The notes under the pieces: generated by a model | What the model was told of the DNA's origin: nothing | The model's input: only the letters and a program-made list of their open reading frames with translations | The model's database searches: none | NCBI GenBank assembly: GCA_964461255.1 | Contig: CAYWTR010000015.1 | Location: 6,983-70,982 of the forward strand | Length of the DNA stretch: 64,000 nucleotides | Direction: 5' to 3' | Origin: an uncultured Fibrobacteraceae bacterium | GTDB lineage: Bacteria; Krumholzibacteriota; Krumholzibacteriia; LZORAL124-64-63 | Made by a program: the position numbers and the translations under genes | In this document: piece by piece, positions 1 through 9,232 of the stretch | How the letters are laid out: each line of letters starts with the position of its first letter | How positions within the stretch are numbered: position 1 is the first letter of the stretch

Positions 1-76
1 TCATCCTCTCCATGCCCGCCCTCCGTGGTCTCACACCGCCCAGCGTGCCGACTTCCCAATGGCCGCCGCCCCGCCC

Positions 77-1519
77 TTAGATAACGGCATTGAAAACGTC
101 CTCCGCCAACCGTTCGCGCGGTGATTTGCCGCCAGGGATCACAAGCGCTTTCAGCAGAAGATCGTGCAAACCCATCACCCTGCAGGGAAGCTTGTAGAAC
201 TCAACCAGCTCTTTGAGTTGTTTCTTGCAGTTCGCGCAAGGCGCGATAACGATCTCGGCGCCAGTGCGCTGGATCTGCTCTGCCTTGACCTTGCCCCCGA
301 CCTGCATTCTGAAGTCATGGATTTCATCCACGGACACCAGGCCGCCGCCGCCGCCGCAGCAATAGTTGCGCTCGCCGCCTGGCTCCATATCAACGAAATC
401 GCGGACGAATGCGCGCAGGATCTCGCGCGGTTGCTCGACAATCCAGCCCGAGCGCGCAATGTTGCAGGGATCATGATACGTCACCCGCTGGGAGACAATC
501 GTGGGATCAAGTTGGATCTTGCCTCGCTGCAGGCAATCCAGCGTGTATTCCATGAAATTGATGACGGGATAGGCACGGCGCCCGCCGAATACCGGCACAA
601 ATTGGTGGGCGGCGCGCGAGGCATGACCGCACTCGCCGATTAGGACACCGCGTCCACGCAGACGTGCGACCTCGTCCAATAGTTGCTGAACGATACGCTC
701 AAGGTGCCAATCGCTATAGAATAGCCCATAGTTGATCCCATCATAGTTGCAGGTGCCGATGGTCCAACGTTCCCAGTCCCCCGCCGCATATAGCACGGCG
801 GCGTTGCCCATCAGGGTATCGGGCTCCATCAGGTAATCGCTCACGGCGCAGAAGAAGACATAATCGCGATCCTCGCGATCGACGGGGAAATCCAGCTCGA
901 CTCCAAGCTGCTCCGTCATTTCCTCCGCCAGGAAAGAAAGAGTGTTCAACATCGCCTTCTTGGGGATCTTAGACGTGTTGTGCGTCTCTCCCTCGAGCTG
1001 TTCTCGCACGCTGACCTGCAGGGCTTTGGGCACGATGCCGATGAGACTCAACACGTAACGGCCCAGCCGTGTCATGAGACCGTGGTCAACGCCCAGGGGG
1101 CATTCCAGTGTGCAGCGCCGGCAAGCCGTACAGCGATATAGCACGTCCGCCAGCTCATCCACCAGCTCCTCGGTCAGCTCGAAGCCGCGGCTGAACCGCG
1201 ATGCAAGCCAACCGCCAAGCGTGAAATAGCGTCGATAGATCTCGAGGAGTATGTTTGAGCGATAGCAGGGAATGTCGCGCGGTGACCCGGTTGTCATGTA
1301 GATCGGGCACGTCACGGCGCAGCGGTTACATTTGGCGCTGGTGTTACTATAGGAATCAAGCAAGGCACGGTAATCGGTGAATTCCAGCACGACGGCAAAC
1401 GCTTCCAGAAACCGCTCAACGCGCGGTCTTAGGGGTGCATTCTCCACGTAGTATGGAAACGAGCGACCGATATCAGGAGCGGCGTGCTGAACGGTCGATT
1501 CCATCGTCTTTGCTTCCAT
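77..1519 (-). CDS. Fe-S oxidoreductase, HdrD/GlpC-like (two 4Fe-4S ferredoxin motifs plus CCG-type Cys-rich domains)
   Basis: Two CxxCxxCxxxCP motifs (CNRCAVTCP, CTACRRCTLECP). C-terminal Cys-rich CCG-like segments (HDPCN, NYCCGGGGG, PCANC). Start re-assigned to MEAKTMESTV at 1519, since the longer ORF to 1612 only adds a non-conserved leader. Confidence 0.65.
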   Translation of the reverse strand: MEAKTMESTVQHAAPDIGRSFPYYVENAPLRPRVERFLEAFAVVLEFTDYRALLDSYSNTSAKCNRCAVTCPIYMTTGSPRDIPCYRSNILLEIYRRYFTLGGWLASRFSRGFELTEELVDELADVLYRCTACRRCTLECPLGVDHGLMTRLGRYVLSLIGIVPKALQVSVREQLEGETHNTSKIPKKAMLNTLSFLAEEMTEQLGVELDFPVDREDRDYVFFCAVSDYLMEPDTLMGNAAVLYAAGDWERWTIGTCNYDGINYGLFYSDWHLERIVQQLLDEVARLRGRGVLIGECGHASRAAHQFVPVFGGRRAYPVINFMEYTLDCLQRGKIQLDPTIVSQRVTYHDPCNIARSGWIVEQPREILRAFVRDFVDMEPGGERNYCCGGGGGLVSVDEIHDFRMQVGGKVKAEQIQRTGAEIVIAPCANCKKQLKELVEFYKLPCRVMGLHDLLLKALVIPGGKSPRERLAEDVFNAVI

Positions 1520-1793
1520 GATGTCGACACACCTCCGGGGCCGTTTGCAAGACAAGACGACAATGGCAAGGAGCGTACCCGCCGCCAAGGCAGGGCGAGC
1601 GCGCAGCCCCAACGGCCTCGAAACTGGGTGGCGTAACCGCGGGCTGAATGGCGCATGAGTCGCCAGGTTCGCCGTCTAATCACGGTCGCGGCAAGGAAGA
1701 GGCGCTGTGCCTGGAGAGCCCCGGCGCGGCGCAGGAGATCTTCCGTCAGCAGTCGGGCGCAACGGTTTGAGCGTTGCGTCGGTTGCATCGTCG

Positions 1794-1823
1794 TGTCGCA
1801 TGCGACATCGACTGCGACATCGC
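1794..1823. promoter_or_regulatory. Candidate enhancer/UAS: 14-bp perfect palindrome TGTCGCATGCGACA followed by direct repeats TGCGACATCG(A/C)
   Basis: Perfect palindrome read directly, about 200 bp upstream of the sigma-54 promoter at 2006. A TGT-N8-ACA architecture resembles bEBP upstream activator sites. Confidence 0.3.
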
Positions 1824-2003
1824 GCGACGTATCCGGCTTCTCCTACACCAGCCCTTTGGCGCAGCCGCGGCGGCCCGCCGGCGGCGTCAGGTGATGAAAC
1901 ACGCCCGCGATATCTCCGGCAACAGAGGAATAGTCGGCATCTGCCAGCGGTCTCGGATAAGCATCGAGCGGTGAAGGGGTGGCGGCAGCACGGAGAGGAT
2001 GCC

Positions 2004-2022
2004 CTTGGCACGCCCATTGCGA
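2004..2022 (+). promoter_or_regulatory. sigma-54 (RpoN) promoter, TGGCACG-N4-TTGC
   Basis: cccTTGGCACGcccaTTGCg is an exact match to the -24/-12 consensus with correct GG/GC spacing. It lies about 25 nt upstream of the 2047 start codon, which has a GAGGTG RBS, and a sigma-54 activator gene sits 1.7 kb downstream. Confidence 0.6.
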
Positions 2023-2046
2023 TGAAACGGGCAAAGCGAGGTGCAC

Positions 2047-3081
2047 ATGCGCTACGCGATCCCAGTTCTATCCCGCCGAGTATCGCCTCGCTGCACGATC
2101 GCCGAGACCGTCCTGGTTGTCGAGGCGCGCGCGGGCGAGGTTATCAACAGCCAGCGGCTGAATGCTCCGGGACGCACTTGGATGGAGCTGTTTTCGACCC
2201 TCGCAACCGAGCGCATCGATGTTCTCGTGTGCGGCGGCATATCGCGGGAGGCGAGACAGGCTCTCCGCGCGCGAAACATCACGGTGGTCGACAACGTGGC
2301 GGCCACAATCGACAGCGTGATAGGCGCGATTGCGACGGGAGAACTAAGGCCCGGCTACGGCTTTGATAGCGATGGGCGCGACGGCGGGGATCCGGACATC
2401 GTGCCTGCCGGCGTGTCCTTCCATCGCGATGCTGGCGCTCGTGATCGGGGCGCCGCTGCCGGATCCCGACCTCCGGAGTCGGGAGCGCCGGACTGCCTTG
2501 CCTGCGCCGACAGGGTGTGCCTGCTCGGAGATCCATGCCCATCGTTCGCACGCCGTGGTGGTGCCGGTCCCCATGGCAACACCCGCCGCATCCTGGAAGC
2601 GACCCACGATATCGCCTGCGAGGATGAGCGCGTCTTGTGCCGGCTGTCCGAGCTGATCTACTTCGGCCTGGAAATGGGATACCGCCGCATCGGCGTCGCT
2701 TTTTGCTGGGACCTTCTGGAGGCGACCCGGATTCTGGTTGGGGTCATGCGGCGCTTCTTCGATGTCGTGCCCATTGGCTGCAAGATCAACCGCCCCGCCG
2801 CCCCGGCCCCGGGCCGCAACTTTATGGGAACCGAATCGCCGCTGCCGTCGCGCTACATCCCCTGCAATCCTCGCGGGCAAGCGCTGGCGCTGGCGCGGGC
2901 TGGCAGCGAACTCAATGTCGCCGTCGGTCTGTGCATGGGAGCCGACTGTTTGTTCGCGCAGGCCAGTCGCGCGCCCGTAAGCACGCTGTTCGTCAAAGAT
3001 CGCTCCTTTGCAAAACAACCCCATCGGGGCATTGTACAGCGATCACTACTTAAAGGAAGCGCTGCGAGCGTCCGCGGCTGA
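2047..3081 (+). CDS. NifX/NifB-like Fe-Mo cluster-binding domain (DUF134) fused to a C-terminal Cys-rich domain (DUF1847-like)
   Basis: N-terminus (IAETVLVVEARAGEVIN...LVCGGISREARQALRARNITVV) matches the PF02579-type fold. The C-terminal half carries DCLACADRVCLLGDPC and further conserved Cys residues. The gene is driven by the sigma-54 promoter. ATG at 2047 is preferred over GTG at 2041. Confidence 0.55.
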   Translation: MRYAIPVLSRRVSPRCTIAETVLVVEARAGEVINSQRLNAPGRTWMELFSTLATERIDVLVCGGISREARQALRARNITVVDNVAATIDSVIGAIATGELRPGYGFDSDGRDGGDPDIVPAGVSFHRDAGARDRGAAAGSRPPESGAPDCLACADRVCLLGDPCPSFARRGGAGPHGNTRRILEATHDIACEDERVLCRLSELIYFGLEMGYRRIGVAFCWDLLEATRILVGVMRRFFDVVPIGCKINRPAAPAPGRNFMGTESPLPSRYIPCNPRGQALALARAGSELNVAVGLCMGADCLFAQASRAPVSTLFVKDRSFAKQPHRGIVQRSLLKGSAASVRG

Positions 3082-3150
3082 GCGCGCCTGGCGTCTGACC
3101 AACTGCTCAACGCTCGTGTCCGCGGCATCTTCGCCAAAGGAGGCATTGCC

Positions 3151-3682
3151 ATGACGGTCACTCGCATTAGCGCCGTGGGTTTTTGTGCACACTATTCACC
3201 CGCAGGCGATTTGGCCTTTGACTTCGCGTTGCGCCTTTCGCGCGATCATGGCTTTCAACTCAACGTGTTTCACTTTCTCGTTGATCCCTACGCGCGCACT
3301 GAGGCTCTGACCCGTTTCTACAGCGGCCGCGAATTGGCCGATCTGGCCTATGAGCGCGAACGAGAACTGCGCCTTTACTACGACGAACGCGCGGGAGACT
3401 ATCTTGAGATCGGCTTTCGGCTGTGCTACGACGATAGCTGGCGCGAGCTGCATCGCTGCCTGGCCGGTCCACGAGTTCCAGCTGCTGGTGCTCGCGAAAC
3501 CAGCTGCCGACAGTGTGTTTTGCCGCAAACCGATTGAGATCTTCGCCGATAGCTTCGTCTGCCCGGTGGTGCTGGTCGGGCCCGACGACGCCGGCCATTA
3601 CCGACTCAACAGCAGCGCCTCCTTGCTAGCCGATCAGTTGGATCTGCCGGCGGAACGGTGGCAGCGTATCGAAACCGCCTAG
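3151..3682 (+). pseudogene. Universal stress protein (UspA family) with an apparent +1 frameshift near 3465-3480
   Basis: Frame 1 (3151-3537) gives a Usp N-terminus (ISAVGFCAHYSPAGDLAFDFALRLSRDHGFQLNVFHF). Frame 2 (to 3682) gives the Usp C-terminus (HEFQLLVLAKPAADSVFCRKPIEIFADSFVCPVVLVGP). The junction lies at HRCLAGP / VHEFQ. This is either a genuine frameshift or an indel error. Confidence 0.45.
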
Positions 3683-3813
3683 CGCGCGGGAGGCAGCGAT
3701 TGGGCGCGACCATTTCAGAGCCCCTGAGGACAGATTGTCACGCTGCCGCTCGCGCTGGTTGCGCTATCCGCTCCCCAGCCTATTTTGGGGACAGGAAAGA
3801 GCGGATTGATGCC

Positions 3814-5118
3814 ATGCCCGAGAAGTTGAGTCAGATTATCTTCAACAGCATCAGCGATGGTGTGTTCACGGTCGACCGTGACTGCATCATCACCTCGTTC
3901 AACCACGCCGCGGAACGCATCACCGGCTTCAGCGCTGCCGAGGCTGTCGGCAAGCACTGCTTCGATGTGTTCCGCACCGACATCTGCCACAAGCAGTGTG
4001 CACTGAAGGACACGCTGCACACGGCCGCTCCCGTCGAGAACACGCGCGTCACGATTATAACCCGCGATGAACGCGAGGTGCCGATCCGTGTTACAACTAC
4101 GCTGCTGCGAGACGACAACGGCCAGGTTATCGGCGCGGTGGAATTCTTCCGAGACATTTCCGAACTCGAGCACCTGCGGGAAAGCCTCGATCGCAAGCGC
4201 GGTCTGGAAGACATTGTCAGTGTCAACCGGCAGATGCAGCAGCTTATCGCACTGCTGCCTGACATCGCCGAATCCGAATGCAACGTGCTGCTGGAAGGAC
4301 CCAGTGGCTGCGGCAAGGAGCTGGTGGCGCAGACCATCCACAATTTGAGCCCCAGACGCTATGGCCCCTACATAAGGATCAACTGCGCCGCACTGCCGGC
4401 ACCCCTGCTCGAATCCGAGCTTTTCGGCTACGAAAAGGGGGCCTTTACGGACGCCAAGCGCAACAAACCGGGCCAGTTCAGCCTTGCCAATGGCGGCACG
4501 CTGCTGCTCGACGAGATCGCCGAGATGGCTGTCTCTCTGCAGGTCAAGCTTCTGCGCGTTCTGAACAACGGCGAGTATCAGCCCTTGGGCTCGGCGAAAT
4601 CCATGCGCACCGATGCGCGCATCGTCGCGGCCACCAACGCCGATCTCCAGCAGGAGGTCAGCGCCGGCCGGTTCCGCGAGGATCTCTACTATCGCATCAA
4701 CGTCGTCAACCTCAAGATCCCGCCTCTTGACCAACGCCCCGAGGACATTCCGCTGCTGGTCAACCACTTTCTCGGCCTCTTCCGCGCGCCCCGCGCCAAG
4801 AACATCACTCAGGTATCAAGTGAGGCGATGGCGGCCCTGCGGCGGTACCGCTATCCAGGTAATATTCGGGAACTGGAAAACGCCATCGAGCATGCCTTCG
4901 TTATGTGCCATGGCGAGCGCATCGAGCTGGAGCATTTGCCGGCGCATCTTGTTTCCCTGGCCGAGACGGTGAACGGCATCACGGCTCATCCGCAATGCGA
5001 GCGCGATGTCATCCTGGAAGCGCTGCAAAGGCATAAAGGCAATCGCGCCGCCACAGCCGCGGAGCTGGGCATCCACCGCAGCACTCTTTGGCGCAAGATC
5101 AGGTCGCTGAAGGTCTGA
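3814..5118 (+). CDS. sigma-54-dependent transcriptional activator (PAS sensor, AAA+ sigma-54 interaction domain, Fis-type HTH)
   Basis: Walker A GPSGCGKE, sigma-54 activator box ESELFGYEKGAFTDA (GAFTDA variant of GAFTGA), GGTLLLDEI, C-terminal HTH AAELGIHRSTLWRKI. The N-terminal PAS carries a C-x8-C-x3-C cysteine motif. An RBS (aggaaagag) precedes the ATG at 3814. Confidence 0.85.
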   Translation: MPEKLSQIIFNSISDGVFTVDRDCIITSFNHAAERITGFSAAEAVGKHCFDVFRTDICHKQCALKDTLHTAAPVENTRVTIITRDEREVPIRVTTTLLRDDNGQVIGAVEFFRDISELEHLRESLDRKRGLEDIVSVNRQMQQLIALLPDIAESECNVLLEGPSGCGKELVAQTIHNLSPRRYGPYIRINCAALPAPLLESELFGYEKGAFTDAKRNKPGQFSLANGGTLLLDEIAEMAVSLQVKLLRVLNNGEYQPLGSAKSMRTDARIVAATNADLQQEVSAGRFREDLYYRINVVNLKIPPLDQRPEDIPLLVNHFLGLFRAPRAKNITQVSSEAMAALRRYRYPGNIRELENAIEHAFVMCHGERIELEHLPAHLVSLAETVNGITAHPQCERDVILEALQRHKGNRAATAAELGIHRSTLWRKIRSLKV

Positions 5119-5149
5119 GTGTTTCACGAGCCGTTGGCTGCCCCACGGA

Positions 5150-6523
5150 CTACTCCGCCAAGAGCGCGGCCACTTCCATGCCGCCACTCGCATCGCAGCC
5201 CAGATCGAGCGTCGGCGCGTCCGCCCCGCGCAGTGCGCGGCCGTCGGCGTGGTGCGTCACGCGCACCAGCGGGCGCTCGATGTCTGCGCCGGCGGCGATC
5301 ACCAGGGCCTGCTCGCCGGTAGACATGCGGACGCTGCTGCCCGGGGGATACAGGCCCAGGGCGCGCACGAAGGCCGCCAGCAGATCGGGCGCGAAGGCGC
5401 CCTCGTCGGCGAGCATGATCTCGTACGCGCGGCGCGGAGCCAGCGCGCGCTTGTAGGGCCGGACGGCGGTGAGCGCCTCGTACACATCGCAGATGTGGAG
5501 CAGCGCCGTCAAGCGGCCGGGCGCGGCCCAGGTCGGACGGGCGGGATACCCGCCGCCGTCGTGCCGCCAGTGATGGCCCAGCGCGGCGGCGACGGCGGGC
5601 ATCCCGGCGGCGCGGTTCTGGAGCAAGAGGCGCGCGCCCAGCGCGGCGTGCTCCTCGATCGCGCGCCGCTGCTCGGCATTCAGCCCGTCCGGTTTGTACA
5701 GGATCTCCTCCGGGATGCACGCCTTGCCGACGTCGTGCAGCAGGCCGGCCTCGCCCAGATGGTGAAGCTGCGGCGGCGGCAGCCCCCAGCGATGGCCGAC
5801 CAGCACGGCGATCGTCGCCACGCGCACGGAGTGGCCGATCAGGTAGCTGTCGTGGTCGGGATAACGGACGAGCCGCATCAGGTCGAGACAGCCGCCGTCC
5901 TCGACCCGAGACAGCTTCTCGCTCAGCGACCTCACCGCCTCAACGTCCAGCTGGTCGCCGGCGGCGGCCTGTCCGTGGACGGCTTCGACGGTGTGGAACA
6001 ACGACTGGTACAGCTGGATCACGGCCTCCAGATGGCGGGCGCTGTCTTCGTCCTCCCGCGACGCCGCGCCGGAGGCGGCGCTCGGGCAGATGGAGTCGGC
6101 CTCAGCGCAAACCACCGCCAGCTCGATGAGGCGTACGCCGCGGGCCCGCAGCAGGCGGCGCGCTTCCTCTAGGTCGCTGGCCGGCTCGGCGAGCTCGGCC
6201 GACAGTGAGTACAGCTCGGACAGTTCCCGCGGCTCGGCGCCGTGGTGGAAGAGGAAACCGCCGCAACGCAGCTGTTCGGCGAGGGCCACGACCTTGCCGC
6301 CGGCGATCGTCGAACCGATCAGATAGTTCCCATCGTGAACCAGCTTACCGTCGACCACCCCCAGCAGGAAAGACTCCTTGCCCGCCTCGCGCAGCACGCC
6401 GTCCAGCTGGGCGGCGAAGCGTTCGCACAGCGCCGCGACCTTGGGATGATCGCGGAAGTACATCTTGCGCTGGCCGAGGCCGCTGCTCAGCAGGATCACC
6501 AGCTGGTCGTAGCGCGCGTTCAT
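5150..6523 (-). CDS. HD-GYP domain protein (putative c-di-GMP phosphodiesterase) with N-terminal sensory region
   Basis: HD motif (LLHDVGK) and HHWRHDGGGYP signature. The start overlaps the upstream ORF stop (ATGA). Confidence 0.8.
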   Translation of the reverse strand: MNARYDQLVILLSSGLGQRKMYFRDHPKVAALCERFAAQLDGVLREAGKESFLLGVVDGKLVHDGNYLIGSTIAGGKVVALAEQLRCGGFLFHHGAEPRELSELYSLSAELAEPASDLEEARRLLRARGVRLIELAVVCAEADSICPSAASGAASREDEDSARHLEAVIQLYQSLFHTVEAVHGQAAAGDQLDVEAVRSLSEKLSRVEDGGCLDLMRLVRYPDHDSYLIGHSVRVATIAVLVGHRWGLPPPQLHHLGEAGLLHDVGKACIPEEILYKPDGLNAEQRRAIEEHAALGARLLLQNRAAGMPAVAAALGHHWRHDGGGYPARPTWAAPGRLTALLHICDVYEALTAVRPYKRALAPRRAYEIMLADEGAFAPDLLAAFVRALGLYPPGSSVRMSTGEQALVIAAGADIERPLVRVTHHADGRALRGADAPTLDLGCDASGGMEVAALLAE

Positions 6524-8547
6524 GACGCGTCACCTCGCTGTCCGGCGCCTCCCTCGAGGGCGGGCGACGGGGCGGGGTGTTGCAGCCGAAGCAGCGCCTC
6601 GCCCGCCGCCAGCCGGCAGCGCGCCGGCCAGGCCGGCCAGACCAGCAGCCGCCGCCCGCTCTGGATTGCGCGCAGCACGTGGACGGCGGCGCCCCCGCCC
6701 AGCAGGCCCAGCGCCGCAATCGCGTCGGCCGCAGCCGCCTCGCCCCGGCGCGACGGCGGCAGCATGCTCAACGCCTCCGACAGCAACCGACCCCACAGCG
6801 CGCGCGTTTCGGCGGAGGGAGCCGCGGCGCCGGCATCTCCCAACACGCGGGCCAGCAACGGACGGTGGCGCGGCTGGTAATCGCCCAACAAGGCCAGCGT
6901 GCGTCCGGGCAGCCAGACCGGCGGCCGCTGGCGCAGGCCTTCCCAGAGCGCGGCGCCGATCGCCAACCCCTGCGCGGACCACAGCAGGAGCGCGCAGAGA
7001 GGCGCCAGGCCGGGAGGCGGCGCGTGCAGCCAGCGCAGGGAGAGCTTGCCTTCCCGCAGCGACGCCAGTCCCTCCAGCCGCGGCAGGGCGCGGCGCATGG
7101 CGTCTTCGTCTAGGGACGCGGCCGCCTGGTGCAGCGCCTCGCGCACCGCCGGCTCTTCGTGTTCGAGGCCCGCGAGGATCTCGTTGACGATGTGCGGCCA
7201 CAGCGCGGCCAGCGCCTCGCCCGCCAGGCCGCGGGCCGCGTCGCGCAACAGGCTGCCGGGCGCAGACGGGCTTCCGGCGCGCAGGGCCCCGCACACGGCG
7301 TCCAGCAGGGGGTCCAGCAGAGCGAGCGGAACGCGCGCGGCCAGATCGCCCAACGCGGTCGCCAGCAGCGCGTGCTCGGCCGGTTGCAGCGGGGGGGCGA
7401 CGTTTTCCCGCAACCTGTTCAAGACCTCGGCCGACAGCGCGGGCGGCGGCGCGGCGGTCGCGATCTGCAGCAGAACGGCGAGGGTTTCGCGGCGGTCGGC
7501 CGGCGCGGGCGCGCCGCTGTCCCCTTCCGCCGCCTCGTCCAACCGCCGGTTCAGCTCATCCACGGTCCACTCGCAGGCTTCTGCTTCGCGCGTGTGCTTG
7601 ATCGGCGGCGCGGCATGCCGGCTTCCCCGCGCCTGCCTGGCCGCCTGGCGGAAGGCGTCGAGCATCAACGCGACCATGTCGCCGTCGCCAGGCTGAACCA
7701 GAGCCAGCTGCGCCTGCGCCAAGGCCCCCGCCAGATCGGCCGCGGTCGCCGTCGCCGGCACGGTCTGCAGGAGCGCGTGGCGGAGAGCCTGGGCGGCGAG
7801 CGCGAAGACGTCGTCGAACGAGCGGACGCCGGCGGCTTGTCCCCCTTGCTGCTGGGCGGACCCCTGCTCCATCTGCCCGGCCAGCTTCGCCGTCAGCGTC
7901 TCAAGCAGCTGCTCGCAGGCCGCCCGTGCGCCAGCGTCGAGATCGTCCCGCTCGAGCGCGCCCAACGCCGCGTCGGCCGCCGCCCTGATCCTTGCGCCGA
8001 GGAAGGCGACATCGCCCCCGGCCAGCGCCAGCTTGAATTCCCGCCGTGTGGTCCTGATCGCCGGGCCCAGGTCGTCGAGCTGGATACGGTGAAATCCCTG
8101 GACGGTGTCCGCCTCGAGCTTGTGGCGTTGCATCGTGGTCACGAACCGATGCAGATCCTCGGGTGTGACGCCGGCGTCGAACTCCAGGCGGGCGACGCCG
8201 AGGCGATCGAGCAACTCGTGCAGGCGCACCGCGCCGCGTTGCGATGAATCGAGCCGTTGTCCGCCGATGACCAGGAAGCCGCGGCCGACGTCGATCCCGA
8301 GCGTCGTTCCACCGTCCAGGGCCTGCTGCAGCTCGCGCGTGAACGCGGCGGCGACCTCGGCGACCAGCGTATGCCCGGCGGGATAGTAGGTGGCGATGGT
8401 GAACAGGCGGTCGAGTGCGCCGAGGAGTCCGGCATGCTGCCGTGGTGGGCTGCGGGGTGGAACCGTGGCAACGTTCATGACGGCGCCCTGGCCTTCGCGG
8501 AGCACGGATCGGGCTCGCGTCCGGCGATCTTGATCGATCGTTTGCAA
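6520..8547 (-). CDS. Hypothetical Ala/Leu-rich protein, translationally coupled to the HD-GYP gene
   Basis: Long ORF on the same strand whose stop overlaps the HD-GYP start. No recognisable motif. Start is uncertain: TTG at 8547 or ATG (MNVATV) at about 8478. Confidence 0.45.
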   Translation of the reverse strand: MQTIDQDRRTRARSVLREGQGAVMNVATVPPRSPPRQHAGLLGALDRLFTIATYYPAGHTLVAEVAAAFTRELQQALDGGTTLGIDVGRGFLVIGGQRLDSSQRGAVRLHELLDRLGVARLEFDAGVTPEDLHRFVTTMQRHKLEADTVQGFHRIQLDDLGPAIRTTRREFKLALAGGDVAFLGARIRAAADAALGALERDDLDAGARAACEQLLETLTAKLAGQMEQGSAQQQGGQAAGVRSFDDVFALAAQALRHALLQTVPATATAADLAGALAQAQLALVQPGDGDMVALMLDAFRQAARQARGSRHAAPPIKHTREAEACEWTVDELNRRLDEAAEGDSGAPAPADRRETLAVLLQIATAAPPPALSAEVLNRLRENVAPPLQPAEHALLATALGDLAARVPLALLDPLLDAVCGALRAGSPSAPGSLLRDAARGLAGEALAALWPHIVNEILAGLEHEEPAVREALHQAAASLDEDAMRRALPRLEGLASLREGKLSLRWLHAPPPGLAPLCALLLWSAQGLAIGAALWEGLRQRPPVWLPGRTLALLGDYQPRHRPLLARVLGDAGAAAPSAETRALWGRLLSEALSMLPPSRRGEAAAADAIAALGLLGGGAAVHVLRAIQSGRRLLVWPAWPARCRLAAGEALLRLQHPAPSPALEGGAGQRGDAS

Positions 8548-8703
8548 TTCTGGTTGTCGGCGGTATTCCGGGCGGCCTTAGCCCGAATTGCGTCCGTCGG
8601 CCACAGGGCAATCGGGCAGAGGACGACTGCATCCTCGGACGCCATCTGCTATGATGGCTCGTGATCACGATTCTCGATACTCGACCTCAACCGGGGGGAT
8701 GCC

Positions 8704-9189
8704 ATGGCCGGCAGGAACATCGACCTGCGCGTGAAGGAATTGATGGCCCGCGACGTGGTCTGCGTGCACCCGGAGGATCCGCTGCGCGAGGCGCTCGCGC
8801 TGATGTTCGAGAACCGGGTCTCGGCCGTGCCGGTGGTCGACAAACGTGAACGGTGCAAGGGGATCCTGTCCACAACCGACCTGGTGGGCCTGCTGTTCGG
8901 CCGCCAGGCCGAGCCGGCCGGCGGCGAAGAACCGGCGGACCTGGCGGATTTCCCCGCCGATCTGGCCGAGGCCGGACGGCCCGGCTCCCGCCTGGGCGAT
9001 CGGCTGGTCGGCGAGGTCATGACGCGCAGCGTCATCACCGTCTCCCTGGAAGACACTGTCCTGGCCGCCGCCCGCGAGATGGCCCGCAACCGCGTCCATC
9101 GGCTGGTCGTCATCGATCCCCAGCAGCGGGTTATCGGCATCCTCTCGACCATGGACCTGATAGAAGCCTTCGCGGCGGAGACGCCCTAG
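8704..9189 (+). CDS. CBS domain pair protein
   Basis: Two CBS-like segments (VMARDVVCVHPEDPLREALALMFENRVSAVPVVD and VMTRSVITVSLEDTVLAAAREMARNRVHRLVVID). GGGGAT RBS-like sequence before the ATG. Confidence 0.8.
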   Translation: MAGRNIDLRVKELMARDVVCVHPEDPLREALALMFENRVSAVPVVDKRERCKGILSTTDLVGLLFGRQAEPAGGEEPADLADFPADLAEAGRPGSRLGDRLVGEVMTRSVITVSLEDTVLAAAREMARNRVHRLVVIDPQQRVIGILSTMDLIEAFAAETP

Positions 9190-9232
9190 CCCCGCCGCCG
9201 AACGGTCCGCCCGCAGCCGCAAGGAGGGCCTG

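Noticed and set aside
6522-7294. Several 170-260-aa Arg/Pro/Ala-rich ORFs on both strands inside the 6520-8547 gene
   Set aside because: These are typical GC-skew artefacts with no start context. The long minus-strand ORF is translationally coupled to the HD-GYP gene and is preferred.
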